Shown: positions 1 through 9,742 of the stretch, piece by piece
Layout of the letters: every line of letters begins with the position of its first letter
Position numbering within the stretch: position 1 is the stretch's first letter
Assembly: GCA_028694275.1 (NCBI GenBank)
Contig: JAQUTS010000001.1
Coordinates: 1-46,272 of the forward strand
Source of the DNA: Candidatus Gastranaerophilales bacterium
GTDB taxonomy: Bacteria > Cyanobacteriota > Vampirovibrionia > Gastranaerophilales > CAJFVJ01
DNA: 46,272 nt
Direction: 5' to 3'
The notes under the pieces: generated by a model
Seen by the model: the letters and a program-made list of their open reading frames with translations, nothing else
What the model was told of the DNA's origin: nothing
Databases searched by the model: none
Program-made: the position numbers and the translations under genes

Positions 1-1
1 T

Positions 2-760
2 ATCAGTGGTACAAAATATGTATTCGGCCTTGATTCCAATACCAACGGAAATTTGGATGATGTATCAGAAATTCTTGGTATAACAGATACGAAAGAAAAT
101 CCATTCAAAAGCCTTTTGGATATTGACGGAAATACTGATGGAATTATCTCACAAGATGAACTAAAAAGAGCCGGTATTGTTCTTCAAGCCGTTGATGCTT
201 CAGGCAAATTAACATCAGGTAAACTTGATGTATCTGCTATCAAATCTATCAGCGTCGATAGTTTTGTCACTTCAGAAGCTGAAAGGATGATAGGAACCTT
301 CCAAGTTAAGCTTTCTAACGGTACCGTAGCAAATGCTGAACAAACTCTTGATGATCAGGCCTATTTTAATAATCTTTTTGGAACTTTGGTAGATTTGAGA
401 CCTTATCAAACAGCAGCTGCCTCTACATCTACAACTGCGAGCACAGGCACAACTTCAAGTACTTCTTCAACATCGACTACAGCGTCAACAGATACTACTT
501 CAACTACTGCTTCTACATCCACAAGTTCTATCGTAAGGCAGACTCTTTTGGATCAATTGAATAAAGTATACAGCTCTATTGTGATAGATGACACATCAAA
601 TGTGGAAAAAATCCTTGATAATTATTGTTGGAAAAAAGGATACTCAATTACCCCTGCTCAAAGAATAAAAATTGTTGACGGTATTGAGCCGATGTTATCT
701 GTTTCTCAAATTGAAGCAAAAATTGCTCAACAAATGCAAACATTGAATTTATCAGCATAA
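2..760 (+). CDS. 3' end of a large protein truncated by the window edge: EF-hand-like pair, S/T-rich linker, C-terminal CWK tail
   Basis: The frame is open from nt 2 (ISGTKYVFGLDSNTNGNLDD...), so the track start at 53 (a TTG codon) is internal. DGNTDGIISQDE fits the canonical 12-residue EF-hand loop (D1,N3,D5,G6,I8,E12). The whole segment is colinear with the C-terminus of the next ORF (about 3850-4660). Confidence 0.8.
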   Translation: MSGTKYVFGLDSNTNGNLDDVSEILGITDTKENPFKSLLDIDGNTDGIISQDELKRAGIVLQAVDASGKLTSGKLDVSAIKSISVDSFVTSEAERMIGTFQVKLSNGTVANAEQTLDDQAYFNNLFGTLVDLRPYQTAAASTSTTASTGTTSSTSSTSTTASTDTTSTTASTSTSSIVRQTLLDQLNKVYSSIVIDDTSNVEKILDNYCWKKGYSITPAQRIKIVDGIEPMLSVSQIEAKIAQQMQTLNLSA

Positions 761-868
761 TTTATTGTGAACTTTTGTAAACAATACTGCCCAAAATACT
801 AAAGATATTACCTATTCTTGACGATAAACATAATATGTTAAGTGTGTAAGGTCAATGTGTAGGTAAAA

Positions 869-3800
869 ATGTCAAACTTTTATTATTTATACAAATATGG
901 AGCCACCCAAAACTCTACTTTGGACCAATCAAACAATAGTGTTTGGTCTAATAATTTTATGGGTGCTATGCTTAACTATAAAAATATTGATGCTGACGCT
1001 ATGGGTTTCCTTTTTGACAACCAAGGTACAGCAGGCGACGGTAATGATTTCACAACTTTTAATAATGAATACAAAACAATTGTAGGCTCTGATATTTTGA
1101 GCTATTTGAACAAATATACAGATACTACAAATAGTGCTTTTGGTGATTATATTAACAATTCTACAGGCGGTGTTGACCACTATACTAACTTGGCTGTGGA
1201 TCCTTCTGAGTTTGAATTCAACTTGACAATGGATGGTGATCTCTACAGATATACTACTGATGCAACTGATTTTGATGTTCTTGATCAAGATTATAAAAAT
1301 TATTATGATTACAAAGTTAACGGCGGAACTCTTTTGCCTGTTTCTTCTGTTAGTCTTTCTTCTTTGGGAATCAGCTACAATCAAATCTTAACAGCAAACG
1401 GAAATGATCCTGTAAAAGCTACTCAAGTTTATCAAAACTTGGTTGACCAGCTTGTTAGTGAGTTAAAAGAATCTAAAGGCGGTACAATTTCTGAAGCGGA
1501 TTTGATTACTGTAACAAAAGAATTAGATGAACAACAAAGAGGACTCAAAGCGATTGATGATGCGTTGTATGGTTATGCTGAATCTGATTCAGTAACAACT
1601 CAACAAACTCGTTATACAACTGCTTACAATTTTGGAAATGTTGCATCAAGCATTCCTTCAAGTGTTTTGAATACAGCAAGCACATACGGTGTTAATTCTA
1701 CCAAAATGCAAAGCTTATACACAGCTTTGGGCAATTTGTCAGTAGATTCTTTGGATTCTTCTGCTAATTCCAAAGAGATTTTTGCTGATGCGATTTCAAT
1801 GAAAATAACTGACTGGCTTGAAGCTCAAACAGACTTGTTTGTTAATGCGAATGAAAGTTCTTACAGTTCTAATACTAATGTTGTTAATGCTGTTGATAAT
1901 ATTGTCGAGAATGATTTGGCAACTGTTTATGCTTATACTGCAAAAACACAAGTTGCAACTTATGTGGATACTAACTATTCAAGCTTATCTGTTTCTGATA
2001 GAGCATTAACTACAGATGTTATTTGGGATAAAGTGCAGCAAGCAAAATTTGTTAATGCATTAGGCGGTACTCCGGCTGAATATGATGATGAAGGTGTTCA
2101 AATATCTCCAAGAGTAAACGGTGCTATCTATAATTCTGTCTCAGGCGGTACTTCTACTACTGATGTTGTTGATGTTGTGACTAATTCTTATGATATTACT
2201 ACAAGAACAGGCGATAACAATTACTCATTGGCAAAAGTCAGCTTTACTTTAACATCAAGTGATATTAATAATATTAAAAATGCTATAAGAAGTGCTCTTG
2301 ACTTTGGTGATATTAATTTTTGGAAAAAATCAAAGGTTTATTATGAGAAAAGAGGTCAGGTTGCTGATTCTGTTATAGCACAATTAGAAGCTACTAAAGA
2401 TGAAAACGGAAACTATGTTATCCCTTCTATATATGGCTGCACATTTGAACAAACAATGGAAACTTTCATCTATAATGCTATGAGAATTTGGGAAAATCCA
2501 AGTTATGTTCCAAGTACCACTTATAAAGGAAATTATGGTGACAGAACATTGGGTAACAATCACTCAGATGGATCTATTATGGGTGAATTGATGAAAAAAA
2601 TCAGAAACTCTACAGGCGCTCCAGGTGCAGGTAAAGATGTAGAATATGAAAGCGGTATTGATCTCCGTCATTTGAAAGTTGCTGATCCTACAAAAGACTT
2701 GTTGGAAGTTGGTGATTCTGAAACTACAAGTACTAGCATCACTTCTACTTATATGGTTTCAAAAGGTACTTTATCTTTTATGAGTGCTCAAGATCGTGAT
2801 CTTTATGATGCCATTGATGAAGCTAAAACCCAAAACCTTGGTGGGTTGAACAGTTTAGAAAATAAATCTGTTAATCATTATAATCAAAATACAGGAAAAA
2901 TTGAAACAGCCAAAGTAGTTTATAATAATTCAGCACACAAATATGAAGTTCAAACTACAAATGAATATCCTGAAGCTTTAGGTTCAAAAAATTTCAAAAC
3001 CGGTGAGTCTTCAATATATACAAAAATAATCAACAAAGATGCTTCTATATTTGCAGGTACAAGTGTTACATATCTTGAAGGCGGTAACTTGGTAACTGTT
3101 ACTGCTAAAGCAAACACTGATGAAGATTCTTTGGTTTATCAAATGGCTAAAAGCCTTTTGGAGGCAGGTGATATTACTTCATCAGATTCTTCTGTTACAG
3201 ATAAAGATAAACTTGAATTTGCGATATATGTAAGTGAAGTTTCTGCAGCAATTATGGAACAGTATTGGATTGAAAACTTCAACAAAGATAATGCTGAATC
3301 CTTTACAGATTACTTTGCGAGAGAATTCAGTGCTTATATGAATCCACACGCTGATGGTGGTTCTGCCAATAAAGTATTCCAATTTTTGACTAATCCTGAT
3401 GACTCAAACGCTACTTTTAAAAGCTTTATGCTTAATTTTTCAGAAGATCCTGCTCAAGAGAACATTATGGATCGCATAATGGAAAAACAAGCATTTGCTC
3501 AGATTTACTCAAAAATGGAAGACAGATCAAGATCTGAAATGGCTTTGTTTGAGCAAGCAGCTGCTACTGATATCGTTGCAAACATTAATAACAAAGAATA
3601 TGAATACAGATTAGCTCTTTTAGCTGCTTTAGAAATTGAATCTAAAAACAACAACTTGGGAGTTGATTTTTCAGGCGTAACCAATAGCCTTGCAACACTT
3701 GGGCCTGGTGCTGATAAAAACCCTTGGTGGAAAGAATACTTCCCTTGGTTCAAAGGTTTCTATGGTAATTTACCTGAAGGTGCAACTATTGAAGATATGT

Positions 3801-4660
3801 TTGATGAAAACGGTAATCTTACAATGTCTTTCTCAGGTGCAGGCAACATGCTTGTTGACCCTTACATTATCAAAGTTAACGGCGTTGATTATGTAATGGG
3901 CGTTGACTCTAACAAAGACGGAAAAATCAATGACGCTAAAGAAGTATTGGGTATCACTGATACTGTTGATGATGGTTTTGCAAGCTTGGTAGCTTTGGAC
4001 AAAAATAACGACGGTTACATTTCTCAACAAGAATTAAAAGATCAAGGCATTGTCTTAGAAGCTATGAATGTTTCAGACAGACTAAAAGGTACTACACTTT
4101 CTGTTGATATGCTTAAAGGTATTAACCTTTCAACTATCCAAAGCCAAGACGGTACTAACAATGTCTACGGAACTTTTAGCGTAGACTTGGCAAATGGTTC
4201 AAAAGCTTCTGCTATTCAAATATTTGAAACCCAATCATATTTCAATAATCTATTTGGAACATTTGCTGATCTATCATTCTTGACTTTAACAACTCAGGCT
4301 ACTGAGCAAACAGCTGTTCCTCCCTCAACTGTTGATGGAGCTGAAACACTTATTGAAGAAACTGAAGAAGTTGCACCAGCTCAAGAAACTCAAAACATTT
4401 TCACAAAACGCTTTAATTTCTTCACATATTTGAATAATCAAGAAGAAAAAGAAGAAGAAGTGGTTTCTGTAGCTACAGTTTCTAACAAAGAAGCTAACTT
4501 AAACAAACTTATCGAAAATATGTGCTGGAAATTAGACGTAGCACAACTTACAGTAAAAGAAAGATATGACATTCTTGGTTCATTGGATGTGAGCAAATCT
4601 GATGATGAAAACAACAAAATTATCGCAGAAAAACTAAAACAAGTAACACTTAACGGATAA
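869..4660 (+). CDS. Giant (1263 aa) N/S/T/D-rich protein of unknown function with a C-terminal EF-hand cassette
   Basis: Long uninterrupted ORF followed by a strong terminator. No N-terminal signal peptide or TM segment is visible. DKNNDGYISQQE is a canonical EF-hand loop and DSNKDGKIND is a second Ca-loop-like motif. The C-terminus is paralogous to ORF 2-760 (YFNNLFGT, CWK). Confidence 0.85.
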   Translation: MSNFYYLYKYGATQNSTLDQSNNSVWSNNFMGAMLNYKNIDADAMGFLFDNQGTAGDGNDFTTFNNEYKTIVGSDILSYLNKYTDTTNSAFGDYINNSTGGVDHYTNLAVDPSEFEFNLTMDGDLYRYTTDATDFDVLDQDYKNYYDYKVNGGTLLPVSSVSLSSLGISYNQILTANGNDPVKATQVYQNLVDQLVSELKESKGGTISEADLITVTKELDEQQRGLKAIDDALYGYAESDSVTTQQTRYTTAYNFGNVASSIPSSVLNTASTYGVNSTKMQSLYTALGNLSVDSLDSSANSKEIFADAISMKITDWLEAQTDLFVNANESSYSSNTNVVNAVDNIVENDLATVYAYTAKTQVATYVDTNYSSLSVSDRALTTDVIWDKVQQAKFVNALGGTPAEYDDEGVQISPRVNGAIYNSVSGGTSTTDVVDVVTNSYDITTRTGDNNYSLAKVSFTLTSSDINNIKNAIRSALDFGDINFWKKSKVYYEKRGQVADSVIAQLEATKDENGNYVIPSIYGCTFEQTMETFIYNAMRIWENPSYVPSTTYKGNYGDRTLGNNHSDGSIMGELMKKIRNSTGAPGAGKDVEYESGIDLRHLKVADPTKDLLEVGDSETTSTSITSTYMVSKGTLSFMSAQDRDLYDAIDEAKTQNLGGLNSLENKSVNHYNQNTGKIETAKVVYNNSAHKYEVQTTNEYPEALGSKNFKTGESSIYTKIINKDASIFAGTSVTYLEGGNLVTVTAKANTDEDSLVYQMAKSLLEAGDITSSDSSVTDKDKLEFAIYVSEVSAAIMEQYWIENFNKDNAESFTDYFAREFSAYMNPHADGGSANKVFQFLTNPDDSNATFKSFMLNFSEDPAQENIMDRIMEKQAFAQIYSKMEDRSRSEMALFEQAAATDIVANINNKEYEYRLALLAALEIESKNNNLGVDFSGVTNSLATLGPGADKNPWWKEYFPWFKGFYGNLPEGATIEDMFDENGNLTMSFSGAGNMLVDPYIIKVNGVDYVMGVDSNKDGKINDAKEVLGITDTVDDGFASLVALDKNNDGYISQQELKDQGIVLEAMNVSDRLKGTTLSVDMLKGINLSTIQSQDGTNNVYGTFSVDLANGSKASAIQIFETQSYFNNLFGTFADLSFLTLTTQATEQTAVPPSTVDGAETLIEETEEVAPAQETQNIFTKRFNFFTYLNNQEEKEEEVVSVATVSNKEANLNKLIENMCWKLDVAQLTVKERYDILGSLDVSKSDDENNKIIAEKLKQVTLNG

Positions 4661-4686
4661 GAAAAGCACCACATTAAAAGCTAAAA

Positions 4687-4720
4687 AGAAGCCCCCCTGA
4701 GAGAAGGGCTTCTTTTTTTT
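4687..4720. terminator. Bidirectional rho-independent terminator between convergent genes
   Basis: AGAAGCCC (4687-4694) pairs with GGGCTTCT (4706-4713). An A-run lies on the left and a T8 run on the right. It sits between the stop of 869-4660 (+) and the stop of rpsR (-). Confidence 0.8.
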
Positions 4721-4732
4721 ATATCTAATTGA

Positions 4733-4966
4733 TTAACCTTCAAAAACGTAGTTGATCAAAGCTGCTTCGCGGGCTTTTTTGATAGCACGTGCAAGTTGTC
4801 TTTGGTGCAATGCACATGTACCTGTAATTCTTCTTGGAAGAATTTTTCCGCGTTCAGTCAGATATCTTTTTAGTCTTAGAGCATCTTTATAGTCGATGTC
4901 TTCAACTTTATCTGCGCAAAAATTACAGCTTTTACGTTTTTTCTTATCGTTATTCATTTTTCTCAT
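4733..4966 (-). CDS. rpsR: 30S ribosomal protein S18
   Basis: The motifs [42 protein letters not shown] are typical of S18. An AAAGGA SD lies 9 nt upstream. The gene order matches the conserved rpsF-ssb-rpsR arrangement. Confidence 0.95.
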   Translation of the reverse strand: MRKMNNDKKKRKSCNFCADKVEDIDYKDALRLKRYLTERGKILPRRITGTCALHQRQLARAIKKAREAALINYVFEG

Positions 4967-4981
4967 TACGAGTAATCCTTT

Positions 4982-5383
4982 CTAGAATGGGATTTCATCT
5001 TCGCCGATTAAGTCATCAGAAAAATCATCATCTGAGAGTTGAAGAATATCTTCTTCTCCTGCTTTTGATGATGCTTGAGCTGTTTGAACTCCTAAGATTT
5101 CAAAGTTTTGAGCTTCAAGTTCAACGACTTTTTTGTCTTCGCCATCTGCGGTTTTGATGGCATTAGTTTGTAAACGACCTTCTACTATAACACTAACACC
5201 TTGTTGCAGTTTTTGTTCAGCGAGTTCGGCATTTTTGCCTAAAGTTACGACCCTGATGAGTGATTCATCTTCATTAGGCGAAATATTTATCGCAAATGTT
5301 GTCACGGCAACATTGTTAGACGAGAACCTTTTTTCAGGTTTTCTTGTTACTTTTCCTTGCAATATTGCTTTAGCTAGTGACAT
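4982..5383 (-). CDS. ssb: Single-stranded DNA-binding protein
   Basis: OB-fold N-terminus, an acidic tail ending in DEIPF (the SSB C-terminal tip), and a position between rpsF and rpsR. Confidence 0.93.
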   Translation of the reverse strand: MSLAKAILQGKVTRKPEKRFSSNNVAVTTFAINISPNEDESLIRVVTLGKNAELAEQKLQQGVSVIVEGRLQTNAIKTADGEDKKVVELEAQNFEILGVQTAQASSKAGEEDILQLSDDDFSDDLIGEDEIPF

Positions 5384-5393
5384 TATTTGCTCC

Positions 5394-5696
5394 TTATGCT
5401 TTTGCTTTTTTACTCTCTAACAACATAAATCTGAGTACGTTGTCATTAAGAGTCAAGTTTCTTTTAAGTTCTACTACTTTTTCTTCAGGGAAATCAATTT
5501 TCAAATTCAAATAGAATCCGTCTTTGAAGTTGTTGATTTCATAAGCAAGTTTTTTACGACCCATTTTATCGACTCCTTCGATTTTTCCGCCGAAGTCTTT
5601 TATTGTTGCTTCTAAAGCATCTACTACTTTATCAGCTTCTTCCATATCAAGATTTGGTTTGATGATACATAATATTTCATAATTTCTCAATTTCAA
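5394..5696 (-). CDS. rpsF: 30S ribosomal protein S6
   Basis: MKLRNYEILCIIKP....GRKKLAYEI is typical of S6. It is the first gene of the rpsF-ssb-rpsR trio. Confidence 0.93.
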   Translation of the reverse strand: MKLRNYEILCIIKPNLDMEEADKVVDALEATIKDFGGKIEGVDKMGRKKLAYEINNFKDGFYLNLKIDFPEEKVVELKRNLTLNDNVLRFMLLESKKAKA

Positions 5697-5748
5697 TTCT
5701 CCTATTAAAGTTTTATGTGTTAGTTATATTATCACAAACAAGAAAAAT

Positions 5749-6603
5749 TTATAACAACACTTCGCCGAAAAATACAAATTCGGCAGGCCCTGTCATGAAT
5801 ACATCTTGTTTTGGGTCAGCCAAAGAGCCTTCCCATCTTATTTTTAGCGATCCGCCCGGTAAATTGACAACAACTTCATTATCCGTAAAGTTATTTAAAA
5901 TAGCTGCTACCACCGAAGCACAAGCTCCTGTACCGCATGCTTTGGTTATCCCGCAGCCTCTTTCCCAAACATCTACATTTATCTCATTTTTTGACAAAAC
6001 CTTTATAAATTCAACATTGGTTTTTTTAGGGAAAATAGGGTTAAACTCTATATCTTTGCCGTATTCAACTGCAAGTTCTTTAGTGTTTTCAGAACTAAAA
6101 ATCAGACAATGCGGATTACCCATACTTACTGCGCTGAATTCAAATTCTTTGCCTTTTACTGACAATAGATGTTTTAGTACAGGTGATTTATCCGCTTTTA
6201 CAGGGATTTTTTCTGCTTCAAGTATAGGATTCCCCATATTAACAGTTACTGAGCCCTCATCGTTAATGTGAGGTGTGATTATGCCTGCGAGAGTTTTTAC
6301 TGTGAATTCGTCTTTTTGCGTAAAACTATTTTCTTTTAAATATTTTGCAAAGCATCTTATACCGTTTCCGCACATTTCTGCAACAGATCCGTCAGAATTG
6401 TAAAAATCCCACTCAAAGTCAGTTTCTTTAGCTTGTTTAACATTGATAATCAACCCATCTGCCCCGATACCGAGTCTTCTGCCGCAAAGCTGTTTTGCCA
6501 AATCGATCCTTGAGAGCGGTATGTTTTTTAGTTGTTCTTCTTCAACGATTACAAAATCATTGCCAAGTCCTTGCATTTTGGTGAAACTAAGTTTGCTTTT
6601 CAC
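5749..6603 (-). CDS. dapF: Diaminopimelate epimerase
   Basis: FTKMQGLGNDFVIV at the N-terminus and both catalytic Cys contexts (MCGNGIRC and ACGTGACAS). The GTG start overlaps the upstream stop by 1 nt. Confidence 0.93.
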   Translation of the reverse strand: MKSKLSFTKMQGLGNDFVIVEEEQLKNIPLSRIDLAKQLCGRRLGIGADGLIINVKQAKETDFEWDFYNSDGSVAEMCGNGIRCFAKYLKENSFTQKDEFTVKTLAGIITPHINDEGSVTVNMGNPILEAEKIPVKADKSPVLKHLLSVKGKEFEFSAVSMGNPHCLIFSSENTKELAVEYGKDIEFNPIFPKKTNVEFIKVLSKNEINVDVWERGCGITKACGTGACASVVAAILNNFTDNEVVVNLPGGSLKIRWEGSLADPKQDVFMTGPAEFVFFGEVLL

Positions 6604-7367
6604 TATAGTCCTTCTCTTTCCAATACAGATTTATAGAACTGAGCAAACAGGTTTCTTACTAAAAGCTTCACAATAAAAGCCACAAAAGGGATTAAGATTG
6701 TTCCTACGATGGTAATTGCACTAATTGTGTAAGGGATGACCGCCAATAAGTATATTCCGAATGTAAACAGCAAAAGAATGATATACTGCCAAAAGTTTTT
6801 GGCTATAATACCGACTGCCCTTACATAATTAAAAGCATCTTTTATTCTTAATCTGTGTGCAAACATTGTCTCAAGCAATGGTAAAATGGCTGATGCTATA
6901 AAGATAAATGCAATAGGAACCAAGAAAAAGAATGACATCAAATGCGAATGTTCATATGGAATTATACATAATTTGGTTAGGCCGATACTGACTATAATCA
7001 CCAGTGAATAATAAATAACGCTGATAAGTAACCATTTGAAACCATTTGAGAACAGCTCTTTGAAGTTTGACCAATATGGCAAAATTTCACTCTTGTCTGT
7101 CAGCATATTGTTCACAAATTTGATATTGTATCCCATAATCAAGCAACTCAACACAAAATGCACAACAACGCCGATTATACCGATTGCCAAAACAAGAACA
7201 GCTAAACCTTGTTTGTCTATTATTGTAGGCAAGTATAAACAAGCATATAAGTTGATTAAAAGCGTTGCAAGCAACGAAAAAACGCCGCCTAATATGAGTT
7301 TTTTTGCATAATGAGGCTGATTAAAAATAGAATCAAATGCTTTTCGCATATTTACATTACATTTCAT
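6603..7367 (-). CDS. Multi-pass membrane protein, DUF4013-like
   Basis: About six hydrophobic spans. GYNIKFVNNML..SEILPYWSNFKELFSNGFK resembles the DUF4013 loop signature; the family call is from memory. Confidence 0.75.
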   Translation of the reverse strand: MKCNVNMRKAFDSIFNQPHYAKKLILGGVFSLLATLLINLYACLYLPTIIDKQGLAVLVLAIGIIGVVVHFVLSCLIMGYNIKFVNNMLTDKSEILPYWSNFKELFSNGFKWLLISVIYYSLVIIVSIGLTKLCIIPYEHSHLMSFFFLVPIAFIFIASAILPLLETMFAHRLRIKDAFNYVRAVGIIAKNFWQYIILLLFTFGIYLLAVIPYTISAITIVGTILIPFVAFIVKLLVRNLFAQFYKSVLEREGL

Positions 7368-7388
7368 AGTCGTTCCAATCCTTATTTT

Positions 7389-7847
7389 TTAGATATTTTT
7401 GAGTAAGTTAACCATTTCAATAGCTGTTTCAGCAGCTGATGAACCTTTGTTACCTGCTTTTGTTCCGGCTCTTTCGATAGCTTGCTCAATTGTATCGGTC
7501 GTCAAAACACCAAACACTACAGGTTTACCGCTGTTTAATGATACATGTGCAACTCCTTTTGAAAGTTCTGCCGCTACATAATCAAAATGAGGTGTGTTTC
7601 CTCTAATAATAGCACCTAGTGTGATAACCGCATCATACTTAGGGGCAACTTTTTGGGCGGCCAAAGGAATCTCAAACGCACCCGGCACCCAAACAACATC
7701 AATGTTATCATCAGATACGCCGTGTCTTTTAAGTGTGTCAATGCTTCCTGAGAGAAGTTTTGACCCTATAAATTCGTTAAATCTTGCAATTATTATGCAA
7801 AATTTCTCTTCGCCTGCTATTAATTTACCTTCTAAAATTTTAACCAT
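7389..7847 (-). CDS. ribH: 6,7-dimethyl-8-ribityllumazine synthase
   Basis: [12 protein letters not shown]...[11 protein letters not shown]...[14 protein letters not shown] is typical of RibH. An AGGAGA SD lies upstream. Confidence 0.95.
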   Translation of the reverse strand: MVKILEGKLIAGEEKFCIIIARFNEFIGSKLLSGSIDTLKRHGVSDDNIDVVWVPGAFEIPLAAQKVAPKYDAVITLGAIIRGNTPHFDYVAAELSKGVAHVSLNSGKPVVFGVLTTDTIEQAIERAGTKAGNKGSSAAETAIEMVNLLKNI

Positions 7848-7856
7848 TTCATTCTC

Positions 7857-9119
7857 CTAATCATGTGATTCTGAGCAAGTTGCACATCCGCAACACTCAT
7901 CTGCTTGTAGCAAATGACTCATTTTTTCTTGTTTTGTCATCATATAATTTTTATTATACTTGTTGATTGAAGCAGGTAAAGACACTCTTTCTACTACTTC
8001 AAGGCCGTATCCTTCCAGTCCTATGATTTTTTTGGGGTTATTTGTAATCAAATTCATTTTTTCAAAGCCCAAGTCCAAAAGGATTTGCGCTCCTACTCCG
8101 TAATCTCTCAAATCAGGAGCAAAACCTAGGCTCAAATTGGCTTCTACTGTGTCTTGGCCTTGATCTTGAAGAACATACGCTTTTAATTTGTTTAAAAGCC
8201 CTATTCCGCGACCTTCGTGTTTTTTTAGATAGACAAGAGCTCCGTAGCCTTTTTCGTCAATAAAGCTCAATGCTGCTTGGAGTTGTTTTCCGCAATCACA
8301 TTTAAGGCTGTGAAAAATATCTCCCGTTAAGCACTCAGAGTGCATTCTGACGTAAGGGATTTCGCCTTTGTCTCTTCTGCCTTCTCCCATACCTTTTACA
8401 AGTGCAACGTGTTCTGTATTATCAAGGGTGTTGAGATATCCGTATATTTCAAATTCTCCGTGTTCGGTAGGTAATTTTGCCTGCACAACTCTTTTGACAA
8501 AGCGGTCTTCTTTTACTCTGTAGGCAATCAAATCAGCAACAGTGATGAATTTGATGTCGTGTTTTTTTGCAAATTCAAACAAATCATCACGACGAGCCAT
8601 CGAGCCGTCTTCGTTCATTATTTCGCAAAGAACGCCTGATGGGTTTAACCCTGCAAATCTTGCCAAATCAACACTTGCTTCGGTGTGCCCCACTCTTTGA
8701 AGCACTCCGCCTTTTTTTGCGATGAGAGGGAATATATGTCCTGGGCGTCTGAAATCATCGGGTTGTGTTCTTTTGTCTGTTGCAATTTTGATTGTAGTGG
8801 CTCTGTCATAGGCACTTATGCCTGTTGATACGCCAAATTTGGGGTCAGCATCTATACTTACTGTGAAAGCTGTACCTTTGACATCGGTGTTGTTCTCTGT
8901 CATAGGACTGAGGTCAAGTTCTTTTGCTCTTTCAGTTGTCAAAGCAAGGCAAATTAACCCTCTTGCTTCTTTTGTCATAAAGTTGATAATCTCGGGAGTA
9001 ATGAGTTCTGCTGCACAAATCAAATCGCCTTCGTTTTCGCGATTTTCATCGTCTGCCACGATAATCATTTTTCCTGCTTTTATATCTGCTATTGCTTCTT
9101 CTACTGTGTTGAATTTCAA
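7857..9119 (-). CDS. ribBA: Bifunctional 3,4-dihydroxy-2-butanone-4-phosphate synthase / GTP cyclohydrolase II, with a Cys-rich C-terminal tail
   Basis: DDENRENEGD (RibB) and MHSECLTGD..LKCDCG (GCH-II Zn site). The TTG start overlaps the ribE stop (TTGA). There is an extra tail, ADECCGCATCSESHD. Confidence 0.93.
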   Translation of the reverse strand: MKFNTVEEAIADIKAGKMIIVADDENRENEGDLICAAELITPEIINFMTKEARGLICLALTTERAKELDLSPMTENNTDVKGTAFTVSIDADPKFGVSTGISAYDRATTIKIATDKRTQPDDFRRPGHIFPLIAKKGGVLQRVGHTEASVDLARFAGLNPSGVLCEIMNEDGSMARRDDLFEFAKKHDIKFITVADLIAYRVKEDRFVKRVVQAKLPTEHGEFEIYGYLNTLDNTEHVALVKGMGEGRRDKGEIPYVRMHSECLTGDIFHSLKCDCGKQLQAALSFIDEKGYGALVYLKKHEGRGIGLLNKLKAYVLQDQGQDTVEANLSLGFAPDLRDYGVGAQILLDLGFEKMNLITNNPKKIIGLEGYGLEVVERVSLPASINKYNKNYMMTKQEKMSHLLQADECCGCATCSESHD

Positions 9120-9742
9120 AATCCGTTCTCCGTTAAAAATTTCTCGCTTATGCCGTAATTATCTGATGAAGAGGTCAATTTTTCAACATATTTGGCAATC
9201 ATATCTGCTTCCAAATTTACATAGTCACCGCTTTTGAGGTATTTCAAATTCGTATTTTCAAAGGTATGAGGGATTATTGAGACTGTAAATATTCTTCCTT
9301 CGAGTTTTGCAATTGTTAAGCTGATGCCGTTAATGGCTATAGAACCTTTTTTTATGGTGTATTTTGCTATGTCATCAGGAGTTTCAAAGGTCAAAATATA
9401 TGACATCCCGTCAAAATTTTTGCTTAGAAATTTCCCTACACCGTCTATATGCCCTGATACTATATGCCCGCCAAATCTTCCATCGGCTTTCATTGCTCTT
9501 TCAAGATTAATCCAATCCCCTTGTTTGAATTGGGTCAGGCTGAGCGTTTCTTTTGAAACATCAAAACCTACTGTAGAGCCTTCTATTGTTGTCACAGTGA
9601 GACAAGTACCGTTAATTGCAACACTGTCGCCGATTTTTAGGTCATCGAGGATTTTTTCGCACATAAAAAAAAGCCTTGCTCCACCTGGGTGGGTTGCAAG
9701 GACTTGTATTTTGCTTACTTCTTCGACAAGTCCTGTGAACAT
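9116..9742 (-). CDS. ribE: Riboflavin synthase alpha chain
   Basis: MFTGLVEEV N-terminus and the duplicated lumazine-binding repeat (GDSVAINGTCLTV / GSIAINGISLTI). Confidence 0.93.
   Translation of the reverse strand: MFTGLVEEVSKIQVLATHPGGARLFFMCEKILDDLKIGDSVAINGTCLTVTTIEGSTVGFDVSKETLSLTQFKQGDWINLERAMKADGRFGGHIVSGHIDGVGKFLSKNFDGMSYILTFETPDDIAKYTIKKGSIAINGISLTIAKLEGRIFTVSIIPHTFENTNLKYLKSGDYVNLEADMIAKYVEKLTSSSDNYGISEKFLTENGF

Noticed and set aside
5717-6271. Long antisense ORFs in the track, such as 5717-6271, 8818-9237, 9324-9773, 21575-22021, 31475-31849, 929-1384 and 10841-11191.
   Set aside because: Each lies fully opposite a gene with clear family motifs. Their products are low-complexity or Cys/Phe/Ser/Leu-rich, as expected for shadow frames in AT-rich DNA. 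None has an SD.
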